Positions 13,749-29,574 of a stretch of DNA of 64,000 nt are shown here, one piece after another. The notes beneath the pieces were generated by a model. It was not told the origin of the DNA. It saw only the letters and a program-made list of their open reading frames with translations, and did no database searches. How positions within the stretch are numbered: position 1 is the stretch's first letter; each line of letters starts with the position of its first letter. The position numbers were made by a program, and so were the translations under genes. The stretch comes from the human T2T-CHM13v2.0 reference genome, Homo sapiens, in NCBI RefSeq assembly GCF_009914755.1, contig NC_060935.1. One strand, 5' to 3'.

Positions 13749-14624
13749 CACACGTATGTATACATATTTGCCTCTCCAGTAGAAAGTGAGTGCATCATAC
13801 ACATACACAGATACACATACACATATATAGAATTGAAAATATCAAAACGAAATCAGTGGTACATAAGCATATCTAGAAACCTAGCAAATATATGTAAAAC
13901 AATATAAATGACTTTAAAATATAAAATCTTAAAAAATGAGAGATATAGGATGTTCATAGAGTGGAAAATGCAATATCATAAAAATCGAATTGCTATTTGT
14001 CTACATGTCAAAATAATGTATAGATTTAATGTAATTGAAAGCAAACTACCATTGTGTTTTTTTATGGACTTAGATCATTAGATTTTAAAATTGCTATGGA
14101 ATATCAAAGGGTTATAAAGTTTCAAGGTACTCCTGAAAACTAACCAGGAGGGGAAACTAGTTCTAGTAGATATAAATGTTTATTATAGAGTCATTTAAAT
14201 GAGGATAATGTGCTATTAATGAAACAATAAAAAGATAAGTACAATAGACTTAAATTCTAGAAGTTGTATGTGTGTGTTTGTGTGTGTATGTGTGTGTGTG
14301 ATACATACTTTGATATATTTAAATCAGAGACAGTTCATTAGTGGAGAAAGGCAAAGTAGCTAATAAATTATAGTGGGTTGATTTTTTAACTTATATGGAA
14401 AAATTTTAAAAGACTAATGACCATTATAACTTCAATCAAAATACAAAAATAAATTATTGAATAACCAAATTCTTACATGTGGATAGCAACATTTTTAAAT
14501 ATTTAGAAAAGTTATAGAAAATGTCTTTTAATTTTAATATAGGGCAACTTTTTCAGAAGACAAAAATGTACAGGATAGAGAAAAAGAGACTGGTAAATAT
14601 GTATAAAATAAATGTAAATTTTTA
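13560..14624 (+). mobile_element. Ancient L1M (L1MC/ME-type) ORF2 remnant, interrupted by the L1PA at 14627 and resuming at 20814
   Basis: Degenerate L1 ORF2-like A-rich motifs (atgttcatagagtggaaaatgcaatatcataaaaat; tatagatttaatgtaatt); ORF2-like text resumes after 20813. Confidence 0.6.
13705..13753. repeat. (CA)n microsatellite
   Basis: Visible directly. Confidence 0.95.
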
Positions 14625-14859
14625 GAATTATTATACTTTAAGTTCTGGGTTATATGTGCAGAACGTGCAGTTTTGTTACATAAGTATACACATGCCATGG
14701 TGGTTTGATACACCAATCAACCTGTCACCTATGGGTTTCCTAATGTTCTCCTAGGTATTTATCCTAATGTTATCCCTCCCCTAGCCACCCCCCTGCTGAC
14801 AGGCCTCAGTGTGTTATATTCCCCTCCCTGTGTCCATGTGTTCTCATTGTTCAACTCCC

Positions 14860-18683
<3,824 letters not shown>

Positions 18684-18746
18684 TATGATGCTAGCTGGTT
18701 ATTTTGCTCACTAATTGATGCAGTTTCTTCATAGTGTCAATGGTCT

Positions 18747-19769
18747 TTATAATTTGGCATGTTTTTGCAGTGGCTGGTACCAGTTTTTCCTCTCCATGTT
18801 TAGTGCTTCCTTCAGGAGCTCTTGTAAGGCAGGCCTGGTGGTGATAAAATCTCTCAGCATTTGCTTGTCTCTAAAGGATTTTATTTCTCCATCACTTATG
18901 AAGCTTAGTTTGGCTGGATATGAAATTCTGGGTTGAAAATTCTTTTCTTTAAGAATGTTGAATATTGTCCCCCACTCTCTTCTGGCTCTTAGGGTTTCTG
19001 CAGAGAGATCCGCTGTTAGTCTGATGGGCTTCTTTTTTTGGGTAACTGGACCTTCCTCTCTAGCTGCCCTTAACATTTTTTCCTTCATTTCAACCTTGGT
19101 GAATCTGACAATTGTGTCTTGGGGTTGCTCTTCTCGAGGAGTATCGTTGTGGTGTTCTCTGTATTTCGTGAAGTTGAATTTTGGCCTGCCTTGCTAGGTT
19201 GGGGGAGTTCTCCTGGGCAATATCCTGAAGTGTGTTTCCTAACTTGGTTCCATTCTCCCTGTCACTTTCAGGTACACCAATCAAATGTAGATTTGGTCTT
19301 TTTACATAGTCCCATGTTTCCTGGAGGCTTTGTTCATTTCTTTTCACTCTTTTTTCTCCAATCTTATCTTCTCACTTTATTTCATTAATTTGATCTTCAG
19401 TCACTGATATGCTTTCTTCTGCTTGTTTGAATTGGCTATTGAAGCTTGTGTATGCTTCACCAAGTTCTCTTACTGTGGTTTTCAGCTCCTTCAGGTCATT
19501 TAAGCTCTTTCTACACTGGTTATTCTAGTTAGCCATTCATCTAACCTTTTTTTCAAGGTTTTTAGCTTCCTTGCAATGGGTTAGAACATGCTCCTTTAGC
19601 TCGGAGAAGTTTGTTCCTACTTACCTTCTGAAGCCTACTTCTGTCAACTAGTCAAACTCATTCTCCATCCAGTTTTGTTCCTTTGCTGGCAAGCAGTTGT
19701 GTTTCTTTGAGGAGAAGAGGTGTTCTGGTTTTTGGAATTTTCGGCCTTTCTTCTCTGGTTTCTCCCCAT
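18747..19769 (-). pseudogene. Disrupted L1 ORF1
   Basis: ORF1 peptides split over 19090-19347 and 18747-19088 by frameshifts. Confidence 0.85.
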
Positions 19770-21422
19770 CTTTGTGGTTTTTATCTACCTTTGGTCTTTG
19801 ATGTTGGTGATCTACGAATGGGGTTTTGGTGTGGATGTCCTTTTTGTTAATGTTGATGCTATTCCTTTCTGTTTGTTAGTTTTCCTTCTGACAGACTGGC
19901 CCCTCAGCTGCAGGTCTGTTGGGAGTTTTCTGTAGGTCCACTGCAGACACTGTTTGCCTGGGTATCACCAGCAGAGGCTGCAGAACAGCAAATATTGCTG
20001 CCTGATCCTTCCTCTGGAAGCTTTGTCCCAGAGGGGCACCTGTCTGTATGAGGTGTCAGTTGGCCCCTACTGGGAGGTGTCTCCCAGTCAGGCTACATGG
20101 GTGTCAGGGACCCACTTGAGGAAGCAGTCTGTCTGTTATTGCAGCTTGAACGCCATGCTGGGAGAACTGCTTCTCTCTTCAGAGCTGTCAGGCAGGGACA
20201 TTTAAATCTGGAGAAACTGTCTGCTGCCTTTTGTTCAGATATGCCCTGCCCCCAGAGGTGACATCTAGAGAGGCAGTAGGCCTTGCTGAGCTGCAGTGGC
20301 CTCTGCCCAGTTTGAGCTTCCCTGCTGCTTTGTTTACACTCTGAGCATAGAACCAGCTACTCAAGCCTCAGCAATGGTGGACGCCCCTCACCCCACCAAA
20401 CTTCAGCATCCCAGGTTGATCTCAGACTGTTGCGCTAGCAGTGAGCAAGGCTCCGTGGGCTTGGGACCCGCCGAGCCAGGCACAGGAGGGAATCTTCTGG
20501 TCTGCTGGTTGTGAAGACCATGGGAAAAGTGCAGTATTTGGACAGGAGTGTACTGCTTCTCTAGATACAGTCACTCATGGCTTCCCTTGGCTAGGAAAGG
20601 GAAATCCCCTGATCCCTTGCACTTCCTGGGTGAGGTGATGCCCTGCCCTGCTTCAGCTTGCCCCCTGTGGGCTGCACCCACTGTCCAACCAGTCCCAATG
20701 AGATGAACCAGGTACCTCAGTTGGAAATGCAGAAATCACCCATCTTCTATGTCAATCTCACTGGCAGCTGTAGACCAGAGCTGTTCCTATTTGATGATCT
20801 TGGAAGTGACTCCGTAAAAATTTATTTCATTAATGGATACCATAAAAAGGGTGAAGAATAAAGGTGCAAACCAGAAGAAGTTATTTGCAAAAGATAAGAC
20901 TCTTCAAGAACTTTCATCATACCACAGACTGGGAGAAAATATTTGCAAACTAATCTGGTAAGGGATTAGTAGTAACTCGAATATACAAGGATAAGAAACA
21001 ACTCTATAGCAAAAAAATACATAATAATCTGATCAAAAATAGGTGAAATATTTGAATAGACATTTCTCCAAAGAAGACATAGCAGTGGAAAACAGGCATA
21101 TGAAAAGGTGCTCAACATCATTTATCATCACAGATATGCAAATCAAAACTGCAGTGAGATATCATCTCACCCCAGTTAAAATGGTTTATATCAAAAAGAC
21201 AGGCAATAACAAACCCTCAAACACTGATGATGGAAATGTAAATTCATACAACCACTATGAAGAACAGTTTGGAGGCTCCCCCCTGCAAAAGAAAAAAAGA
21301 AAAAACAGAGCTACCAGAGGATCCAGGGATGTTTCTGCTAGGTGTATTCCCAAAAGAAAAAAAATCAGTATATCAAAGAGGTGTCTGCACTCCTGTTTAT
21401 TGTAAAACTATTCACAATAGTG

Positions 21423-21554
21423 AAGATTTGAAAGTGACCCAGGTGTCAATCAACAGATGAATGGATAACGAAAATGTGGTACATATTCAAGATTTGAAAG
21501 TGACCCAGGTGTCAATCAACAGATGAATGGATAACGAAAATGTGGTACATATTC
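21423..21554 (+). repeat. Perfect 66-bp tandem duplication inside L1MA
   Basis: 21423-21488 is identical to 21489-21554. Confidence 0.97.
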
Positions 21555-21911
21555 ACAATGGAGTACTATTCTACCACAAAAATAATGATACCCGGTTATT
21601 TGGAACAATATGGATTAACTGGAGGTCATTATATTAAGGGAAAGAAGCCAGGCACAGAAAGACAAACATCACATGTTCTCACTTATTTCTGGGCTCTAAA
21701 TTCAAAACAATTGAACTCATAGAGAGCAGAAGAATGGTTGCTGGAGGCTACAAAGGGTAGTAGGTGCTAGAAGGGTAAGTGGGGATGGTTAATGAGTACA
21801 AAAAATTAGAAGAATGAATAAGACCTATTATTTGATAGCACAACAGGGTGATTATAGTAAATAATAACTGTATATTTTAAAATAACTAAAAGGGTGTAAC
21901 TGGATTGTTTG

Positions 21912-22271
21912 TGTATTAGTTGCGTATTAGCGTGCTGCTATAAAGAACTGTCCAAAACTGGGTAATTTATAAAGAAAAGAGATATAATTGACTTAGCTGG
22001 GGAGGCCTCAGGAAACTTACAATCATAGTGGAAAGGGAAAAATACATCCTTCTTCACATGGTGGCAGGAAAGAGAAGTGCCACGCAAAGTGTCAGGAAAA
22101 GCCCCTTATAACAACATCAGATCTCATGAGAACTCATTCACTGTCATGAGAACAGCATGGGGGAAACCACCCCCATGATTCAATTACTTCCACCTGGTCC
22201 TGCCCTTGACACATAGGAGTTATTACATTTCAGGTGAGATTTGGGTGGAGACACAGAGCCAAACCATATCA
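21912..22271 (-). mobile_element. THE1D-like solo LTR (ERVL-MaLR)
   Basis: tgtattag...gagatttgggtggagacacagagccaaaccatatca; 5-bp TSD gtttg/gttag. Confidence 0.92.
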
Positions 22272-22888
22272 GTTAGTAACACAAAAGATAAATGTTTGAG
22301 GAGATGGATACCCCATTCTCCAAACTACAATTATTTCACATTGGATGGCTATATCAAAAAATTGCATGTGCCCTATATATTGAGGTACCTACTATGTGCC
22401 CACAAAATTGAAAGTAACAAAAAAATTTTAAAAACAGAATCACCATCCAAAATATACTTTAAAATCCCACAAATTGATAAGAGTCATACGCATAATCCAA
22501 AAATAAGATAGTCAAATTAAAAGATCAGGCACTTTTCAGAAAAATAAATTGGATAATACACAGATATGATGATGATCAAACTTCTTATTAACTAGGAAAT
22601 ACAAAATCAAGTCATAATGAAATCATGTCAAATAATGAGTTAATGAGCTGAAAATTGAAATCAACCCAAAATTTCTGCAAGAATATAGAGAAGAGGAAAT
22701 TTTATGCACACCTGGCATGGGCAAGATATTAACTGCTGCAGATGCCAGGAAATACAAGTTGCCAGTGCCAGGCAAAGTTGATTACATGCACATCATAGAT
22801 TAGCTCTTCCAGTTCTAGATAACTTATGAAATGCCTGAACATCGACACGTGCACCAGAATATAAACATAAAATTGTCCATTGCAGTAT

Positions 22889-23148
22889 TTTTTTTTTTTT
22901 TTGAGGCAGAGTCTGGTTGTGTCCCCAGGCTGGAGTGCAATGGTGCGATCTTGGCTCACTGCAAGTTCGGCCTCCTGGGTTCATGCCATCCTCCTGCCTC
23001 AGCCTCCTGAGTAGCTGGGACTACAGGTGCCAGCCACCATGCCTGACTGATTTTTTGTATTTTTTTTTAGTAGAGAAGGGGTTTCACTGTGTTAGCCGGG
23101 ATGGCCTTGATCTCCTGACCTCGTGATCCACCCACCTCGGCCTCCCAA
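22889..23148 (-). mobile_element. AluY-like element, 5'-truncated by ~35 nt
   Basis: Reverse Alu ending at cctcccaaa; TSD attgcagtat on both sides. Confidence 0.92.
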
Positions 23149-24789
23149 ATTGCAGTATATTTTTTAAAAGGAGGAAACAACCAAACATTTCATCAATCAG
23201 AAGACTATGGAAACGCTTGTTGTTAAAGTCATACATTGGAATATCTTACGGAAGGAAAAGAAAACAAATACAGCTACCCCATCCACAAGGATGACTCTCA
23301 GGAGCATAATATTCAGCATAAATCAAATAGTGAACGAAAAAGGATCTTACCAGAACTCCAAACTAGTACAGCTGCCATCTCTCTCCATCTCCATCAAGAT
23401 TGTTCTCTGAGGAACTGCAGTTAAGAAAAAATAAAGAAAGAAAATGTGAGAAAACCCTGGAGTAATACAGTCAGAGATTATTTTGAACAGCTGTGTAAGG
23501 GGAAGATAAGATATGTGAATTTTGTTTCTCTTTCTGATGTTGTTACTGTTGTTCCTCCTTTATTCTTCCTAGCCTTTGACATTGCCCTGAAAAAGACAGT
23601 GTGTGTGCCATTCTGTAAATTACGCATGGTTCAGGTTCACTAAGGACAGTTATCAGAAACCAAGAAAACAAGTGGAGATTTAGTTACCAAAGGCAGTCAC
23701 TTACTTATCCTGACTGTCTAAACTTCCAGGGATGGTTAATTACAATCTAAGAAATGTCTCTTCATTCAAAATCTCCCTGGCTAGTTAGTTTAGTCAGATA
23801 AGGAATGCTTAACTTTAGTATTTTTATGAGGTCCAAAGGCTTATTATTATAGATCTTTTCATGCAGTTTATCCATCATGCACTTTATGGGATGACACAAA
23901 GGTCAAACATTACCTGATAAACGTGGCTGGCAAAAGCTGACACTCCACTGGAAGAAAATGAGTTCACAGACCAAAATATGTGATATTTATGAAGAGGAGA
24001 CACCTCAAAAAGGACAAAAATAAATACAGTGGATGTTAAAATCACAGACCATAATGTAAAATTAGCATAATAAAACTTAAAATTAAAAGGAGACTTCCTA
24101 GTCTGTGTTGGATTGAGTTGTTTGCAATAGATCTAAGCAGTTATAAAAGCCAGAAAATACGAAACCATTTTCAATGGCATTGAAGAACTACAGAAGCAAT
24201 GGGGACCATAGAGACCTAGAAAACAGAAATAAAATAGATAATGTTTTGCACCTACTTTTATTGGGGCGGCATTTGCAGATTTGTGACACAGAGGGGCCCC
24301 TTTTGCTCAGGGTTGCTGCTGGATAAAGAGAAACAAACAGTTTTGTGTAGTTGCTTAGCACAGAGAAAACAAGATCAAAAACTTAATGGGCCTTTACTAC
24401 ATGGTTTCCATGTAGTTAAATTTGCAAAATGATATTCATCCAATTTGTGAAATCCTGAAGCCACATATAACAAATGGTTAATAAAGCTATGTTAAAGACA
24501 TCTATAAATGAGAATGAGTGTTATTGTTAGTATTCCAGGGCTGAGGAATACATATTACAGTTCCCTACCAAGGGAAGAGGACCTCTTGAAAGACCAAGAT
24601 CTCACTTGAAAGCCATGGGGTATTCTTCCCTCTAAACAAGTTTGAGCCAGAGGGAGACTAACCTTTAATGAAACTTCAATCCAGTCTCAAATCAGCTCAG
24701 TCCATAATAGTATTAAGGGCATCAGCCTCCACTGCTTCTTGGAGACAAGTCGGCTATTGACACAGAAAATAACTAAAAGGCTTAAAAAT

Positions 24790-25000
24790 TATTGGAGAAT
24801 ATATAAATGGACAGGAACTTATACATTGCTGATGGAGAAGTAAATTGGTTAAATCAGTTTTATTATTTCCTGCAATCAACCATTCACATAACCCATAGCA
24901 CAGCAATTCCACTCCTAGGAATATGTTCAAGGGAAACTCTTACACAGGACAATGGGAGACTTGTACAAGAAGGTCAGAAATAATGTTAACAATAACAGAG
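24790..25000 (+). mobile_element. Ancient L1ME ORF2 3' remnant
   Basis: atacattgctgatggagaagtaaattgg and cagcaattccactcctaggaatat are L1 ORF2 C-terminal motifs. Confidence 0.55.
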
Positions 25001-25008
25001 GCCTAGAA

Positions 25009-25155
25009 TGTTACTGAAACACCAGGGGTTTGGTCTAGGTTTAACTGCTCACTGCACAGAAAGCCAATCAGTGAGACGACGAGTATTGCCAAGGAAGAGG
25101 GCTTTAAGTTCTGCAGCTGAGGAGATGGGTTGTGAATTTTCAATTTATTTTCCTT
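25009..25155 (-). mobile_element. ERV1 LTR fragment (LTR8-like, 3' end only)
   Basis: tgttactgaaacaccaggggtttggtctagg...cacagaaagccaatca matches the recalled LTR8-family 3' end in reverse. Confidence 0.65.
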
Positions 25156-25167
25156 TCTTGTTTCTCC

Positions 25168-26203
25168 TGAATGCCTCCAGCTTTTGCCCATTCAGTATAT
25201 TGGCTGTGTGTTTGTGGCAGTTTTTGTTATTTTGAGATATGATTAATCAATACCTAGTTTATTGAGAGATTTTAACATGAAGGGATGTTGAATTTTATTG
25301 AAGGGTTTTTCTGCATCTGTTGAAATAATCATGTGTTTTTTTTTCATTGACTCTGTTTATGTGATGGATTATGTTTATTGATATGTGTATGTTGAACCAG
25401 CCTTGCATCCCAGGGATGAAGCCAACTTGATTGTGGTGGATAAGCTTGCTGATGTGCTGCTGGATTCATTTTGCCAGTGTTTTATTCAGGATTTTCACAT
25501 CAATGATCATCAAGGATTTTGGCCTGAAGTTTTCTTTTTTTGTTGTGTCTCTGCCAGGTTTCGGTATGAGGATGATTTTGGCCTCATAAAATGAGTTAGG
25601 AGGGAGTCTCTCCTTTTAAATTGTTTGGAATTGTTTCAGAAGGAATGGTACCAGCTCCTCTTTGTAACTCTAGCGGCATTCAGCTGTGAATCCATCTGCT
25701 TCTGGACTTTTTTTGGTTGGTAGGCTATTAATTACGCCTCGATTTTAGAACTTGTTATTGGTATTCAGAGAGTCGACTTCTTTCTGATTTAGTCTCGAAA
25801 GGGTGTATGTGTCCAGGAATTTATCCATTTCTTCTAAATTTTCTAGTTTATTTGAGTAGAGGTGTTTATAGTATTCTCTGACAGCAGTTTGTATTTCTGT
25901 GGGGTCATTCATGATACCCCTTTAACATTTTTGTATTATGTCTATTTGATTATTCTCTCTTTTCTTCTTTATTAGTCTAGCTAGCAGTCTATCTATTTTG
26001 TTAATTTTTTCAAAAAACCAGCTCCTGGATTTACTGATATTTTGGAGGGCTTTCATATGTCCTTCAGGCCTCCTCTGATCTTAGTTATTTCTTGTCCTCT
26101 GCTAGCTTTGGGATTTGTTTGTCTTTGGTTCTCTAGCTCTTTTAATTGTGATGTTACGGTGTTGATTTGAGATCTTTCTAGCTTTCTGATATGGACATTT
26201 AGC
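25168..26203 (-). mobile_element. Internal L1PA (L1PA8-13-like) ORF2 fragment lacking both ends
   Basis: Colinear with ~16742-17787 of the full-length L1; no 3'UTR or poly(A). Confidence 0.9.
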
Positions 26204-28755
26204 CAGGATTTTAAATGAATCCTGAGTCCCCTGGGTTTATTATTTGTCTGAAACTAAAGTTTACAGCTCAGTTGACACTTTTTGAAAGATCAATGTTGTT
26301 GAATATCTTATAAGCTAGAATCCAGGTTCAAAATTATTTTATTTGTGTTACTCTAGGATATAAGTATATTATTTATTGCTTAATCTGTTCTGAAGATCTA
26401 ATCCAAAAAAACTGTACAAACTTTTTGGTAAAACTGGAGTCAATATTTTTCCTAACACTTGAGAAAGAAATTTAAAATTCAATATTCTTAATGAGGAAAA
26501 ATATAATCATTAGACAGCAGCCATCACGTGAAATCTTGTCAATTTATGAAAATTTATGTGTAAATATTTTGTAGTTGCCAGGGTTGGGGAAAAAATTCTA
26601 CCTTTGTAATAAAGTATATACAGTGTTTGCAGAAAATTTTTGGGTTTCCTGCATAGCCACACAAGTTTTGGTGGTGTTGTTTTCTTTGACTTTATGTTAA
26701 TTTTAAGAAAGTTCATGTAAGAAAATAGACATACCTAAAGTAAGTTTGGCTACAAAAATGCTTTGCTAGAAGAAATAAGAAAAAAAGAAAAAGAAAAAAA
26801 TGAAAGAAAGATATGTAGATTATTTGCAGTTGTAGAAAATTGTTCTTTTTTGCATTATTTATATCAGTATAATTGCATAAAACACGCTAATGTATGTAAA
26901 CTAATAGAAAGTCACATACTTTTATAACTTTCTTTAGTTTCAGAAACTGAATCTTTAAAGAAATAATAAAATACGTTTTCTCTAATACAATAACAATCAT
27001 TGCGTGCATACAACAAATAGGATACTAGTAAAAATAATGGTTGCTAGATATATTTCAAAGACCCACAGTAAAGATAAAGTTTATTAGTCAAGTGACAAAG
27101 AGAAAGAATACAATATAAAGACAAACTTTTGAAGAATGAGGATTTTAGAATAAATAGAAAAAAAAATTTATTCAGTAAAGCTTTATTAAACTTGTCAATG
27201 TAAACAGTGGAATTTGAAACACCTACTTTAACTCTTAACTAAATATATTTTAATATTTTAACAAAATATTTAAATAGTCCTGAAGCGATTGATTCAAAGC
27301 CACCGATTTCCTACATTTTGCATTTCAAAGTAATAAGGTTTCATTCTATGATACTAATAATGGCAGCAACAACAAACACAATCTTTGAAATATAACAAAA
27401 TGGGTGCAGAAAATGTCCAATTAAAAATCGCAAATAAAAATTGTGTCCTAGAATATAAACTAATGGACAATTCAGTGAATATAACTGAAAGCAGCATGCC
27501 AGAGAATAAACTACATTTTCATAATCTTTGATCATGTTTTTCAATATAGTTTGTTACCTATTCACACATCAATTATTTTTCCTTTTTCAAGTGACACATT
27601 CAGCATAACCTGAAAGATTAATTATATTTAATGTCTCTGTTGTCATCTTGAAAAATTGTTCATTTAAACGAGGTTTAGTGAATAGTCCTCAAAAGCTTAT
27701 ACCCAAAAAGTTCCTCTATACTATGCATGGAAGGAATCTGCTTTGCTTTTGTTTGTGGTTTCTATTTTTGCTGAAAAATATATTTGAACCGATAGCAGGA
27801 ATGTAGCTAATAAAAGTTGTAGACTTACATGATTAATGGCTGAGGAATAAAATATTTCAACATCAGGGACCAATTAAAGCATGGGGAAGCCCTAATGGAT
27901 TTTTATCCTTTTAAAAAATGTAATTTTATTGTTTGTAGTTAAGTTGTACCACATGATGTTTGGTTATACACATACATAGTAAAGAAATCACTGCTCTCAA
28001 GCAAATTAGCATATTCATCACCTCCGTAGGTGCTTGTGTGTGTGTATGTGTGCGCACGCCTGGGTAAGAGCTTCCAAAATCCACATTTACATCAAACTTC
28101 CTGTATACAATATTATTGACTATAATTCTCATGGTACACATTAGATTTCTATATTCATCCAAACTGCATCAATGTAAGTTTATACCACTTAGCCTACTCC
28201 ATTTCTTCCCCCTCCTTATCTGTGATAACCAGTGTTGTACTTTCTATTTCTATGTTTTCAACTTCTTTTTTTTTGTTTATTTAAGATTTCACATATAAGT
28301 GACATTATGAAGTATTATTCTTTCTGTTTCAGATGTATTACATTTAGTATAATGTCCTCCAGTTTCTTCCACATTGTCACAAGAACAGTATTTTATTCTC
28401 GATTAAGGCTGAATAATATTTCACTTTTATATATATTACAACTTTTTATCCGTAAATTCACCAATGAAACCTTAAGTTGTTTTCATATCTTGACTATTTT
28501 GAATAACACTGCAATGAACATGGGAATGCAGTTACTTCTATGAGGTGCTGATTTAATTTTCTTTCAGTATACACTGAGAAAATGGATTTCTGGGTCATAT
28601 GATGGTTCTGTTTGTAATTTTTTGAGGAATTTTCATACTGCTTTTCACAATGGCTGTACCAATTTTATTCCCACCAATGGTGTGCAAGGATTCCTTTTCC
28701 TCCACATCCTTACCAGAACTTGTTATTTCTTATCTTTTCCATAATAGCTGACCTA

Positions 28756-29574
28756 GGCCAGGCGCCATGGCTCATTCATGTAATCCCAGCACTTTGGGAG
28801 GCTCACTTAAACCCAGGGGTTTAAGACCAGACTGGGCAGCAAGGCGACACCCCATCTGTATTAGTCAGGGTTATCTATAGGGACAGAACTAATAGGATAG
28901 ATGAATATATGAAGAGGAGTTTATTAGGAGAATTGACTCACATGATCACAAGGTGAAGTCCCACAATAGACCATCTGGAAGCTGGGAGCAAAGAAGCCAG
29001 TCAGAGTCCCAAAATCTCAAAAGTAGGGAAGCCAACGGTGCATCCTTCAACCTGTGCTTGAATGCTTGAGAGTCCCTGGCAAACCATTGGTGTAGGCCCA
29101 AAAGTAAAAAAAGCTAAAAAACGTGGAGTCCAATGTTGAAGGGCAGGAAGCATCCAGCATGGAAGAAAGATGGAGACCAGAAGGCTCAGCAAGATCCTCT
29201 GCCTGCTTTTATCCTAACCACCCTGGCAGTTGATTGGATGATGCCCACCCAGATTAAGGGTGGGTCTGCCTCTCCCAGTCCACTGACTCAAATGTTGATC
29301 TCCTTTGGCAACACTTTCACAGACACACCCAGAAACAATACTTTGCATTCGTCAATCCAATCAAGTTGACACTCAATATTAACCATCACACCATCTCTAC
29401 AAAAAATTCAAAAATTAGCCAGGCATGGTGGTGTGCAACTGTAGTGCTAGCTACTCAGAAGTCTGAGGTGGAAGGATCACTTGAACCTGGGAGGCAGAAT
29501 TTGCAGAGCCAAGATTGCATCACTGCACTTCAGCCTGGGCAACAGAGCAAGACTGTGTCATAATAATAATAATA
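28756..29574 (+). mobile_element. AluJ element split by an MLT2A LTR; (TAA)n tail
   Basis: Left part 28756-28856, right part 29391-29574; TSD ataatagctgaccta / ataatatctcaccta. Confidence 0.9.
28857..29390 (-). mobile_element. MLT2A (MLT2A2-like) HERV-L solo LTR
   Basis: tgtattagtcagggtt...tcaagttgacactcaatattaaccatcaca; perfect 5-bp TSD ccatc. Confidence 0.92.

Larger units (their letters stand above)
20921..22435 (+). mobile_element. 5'-truncated L1MA1-3-type element, interrupted by a THE1D LTR
   Basis: ORF 21043-21405 [26 protein letters not shown]; L1MA-type 3'UTR gaatgaataagacctattatttgatagcacaacagggtg, which resumes after 22271. Confidence 0.85.

Noticed and set aside
14500-14626. The - strand L1 as the source of the + strand L1
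   Set aside because: Its 3' flank does not resemble 56192 onward, and the two 5'UTRs differ structurally.
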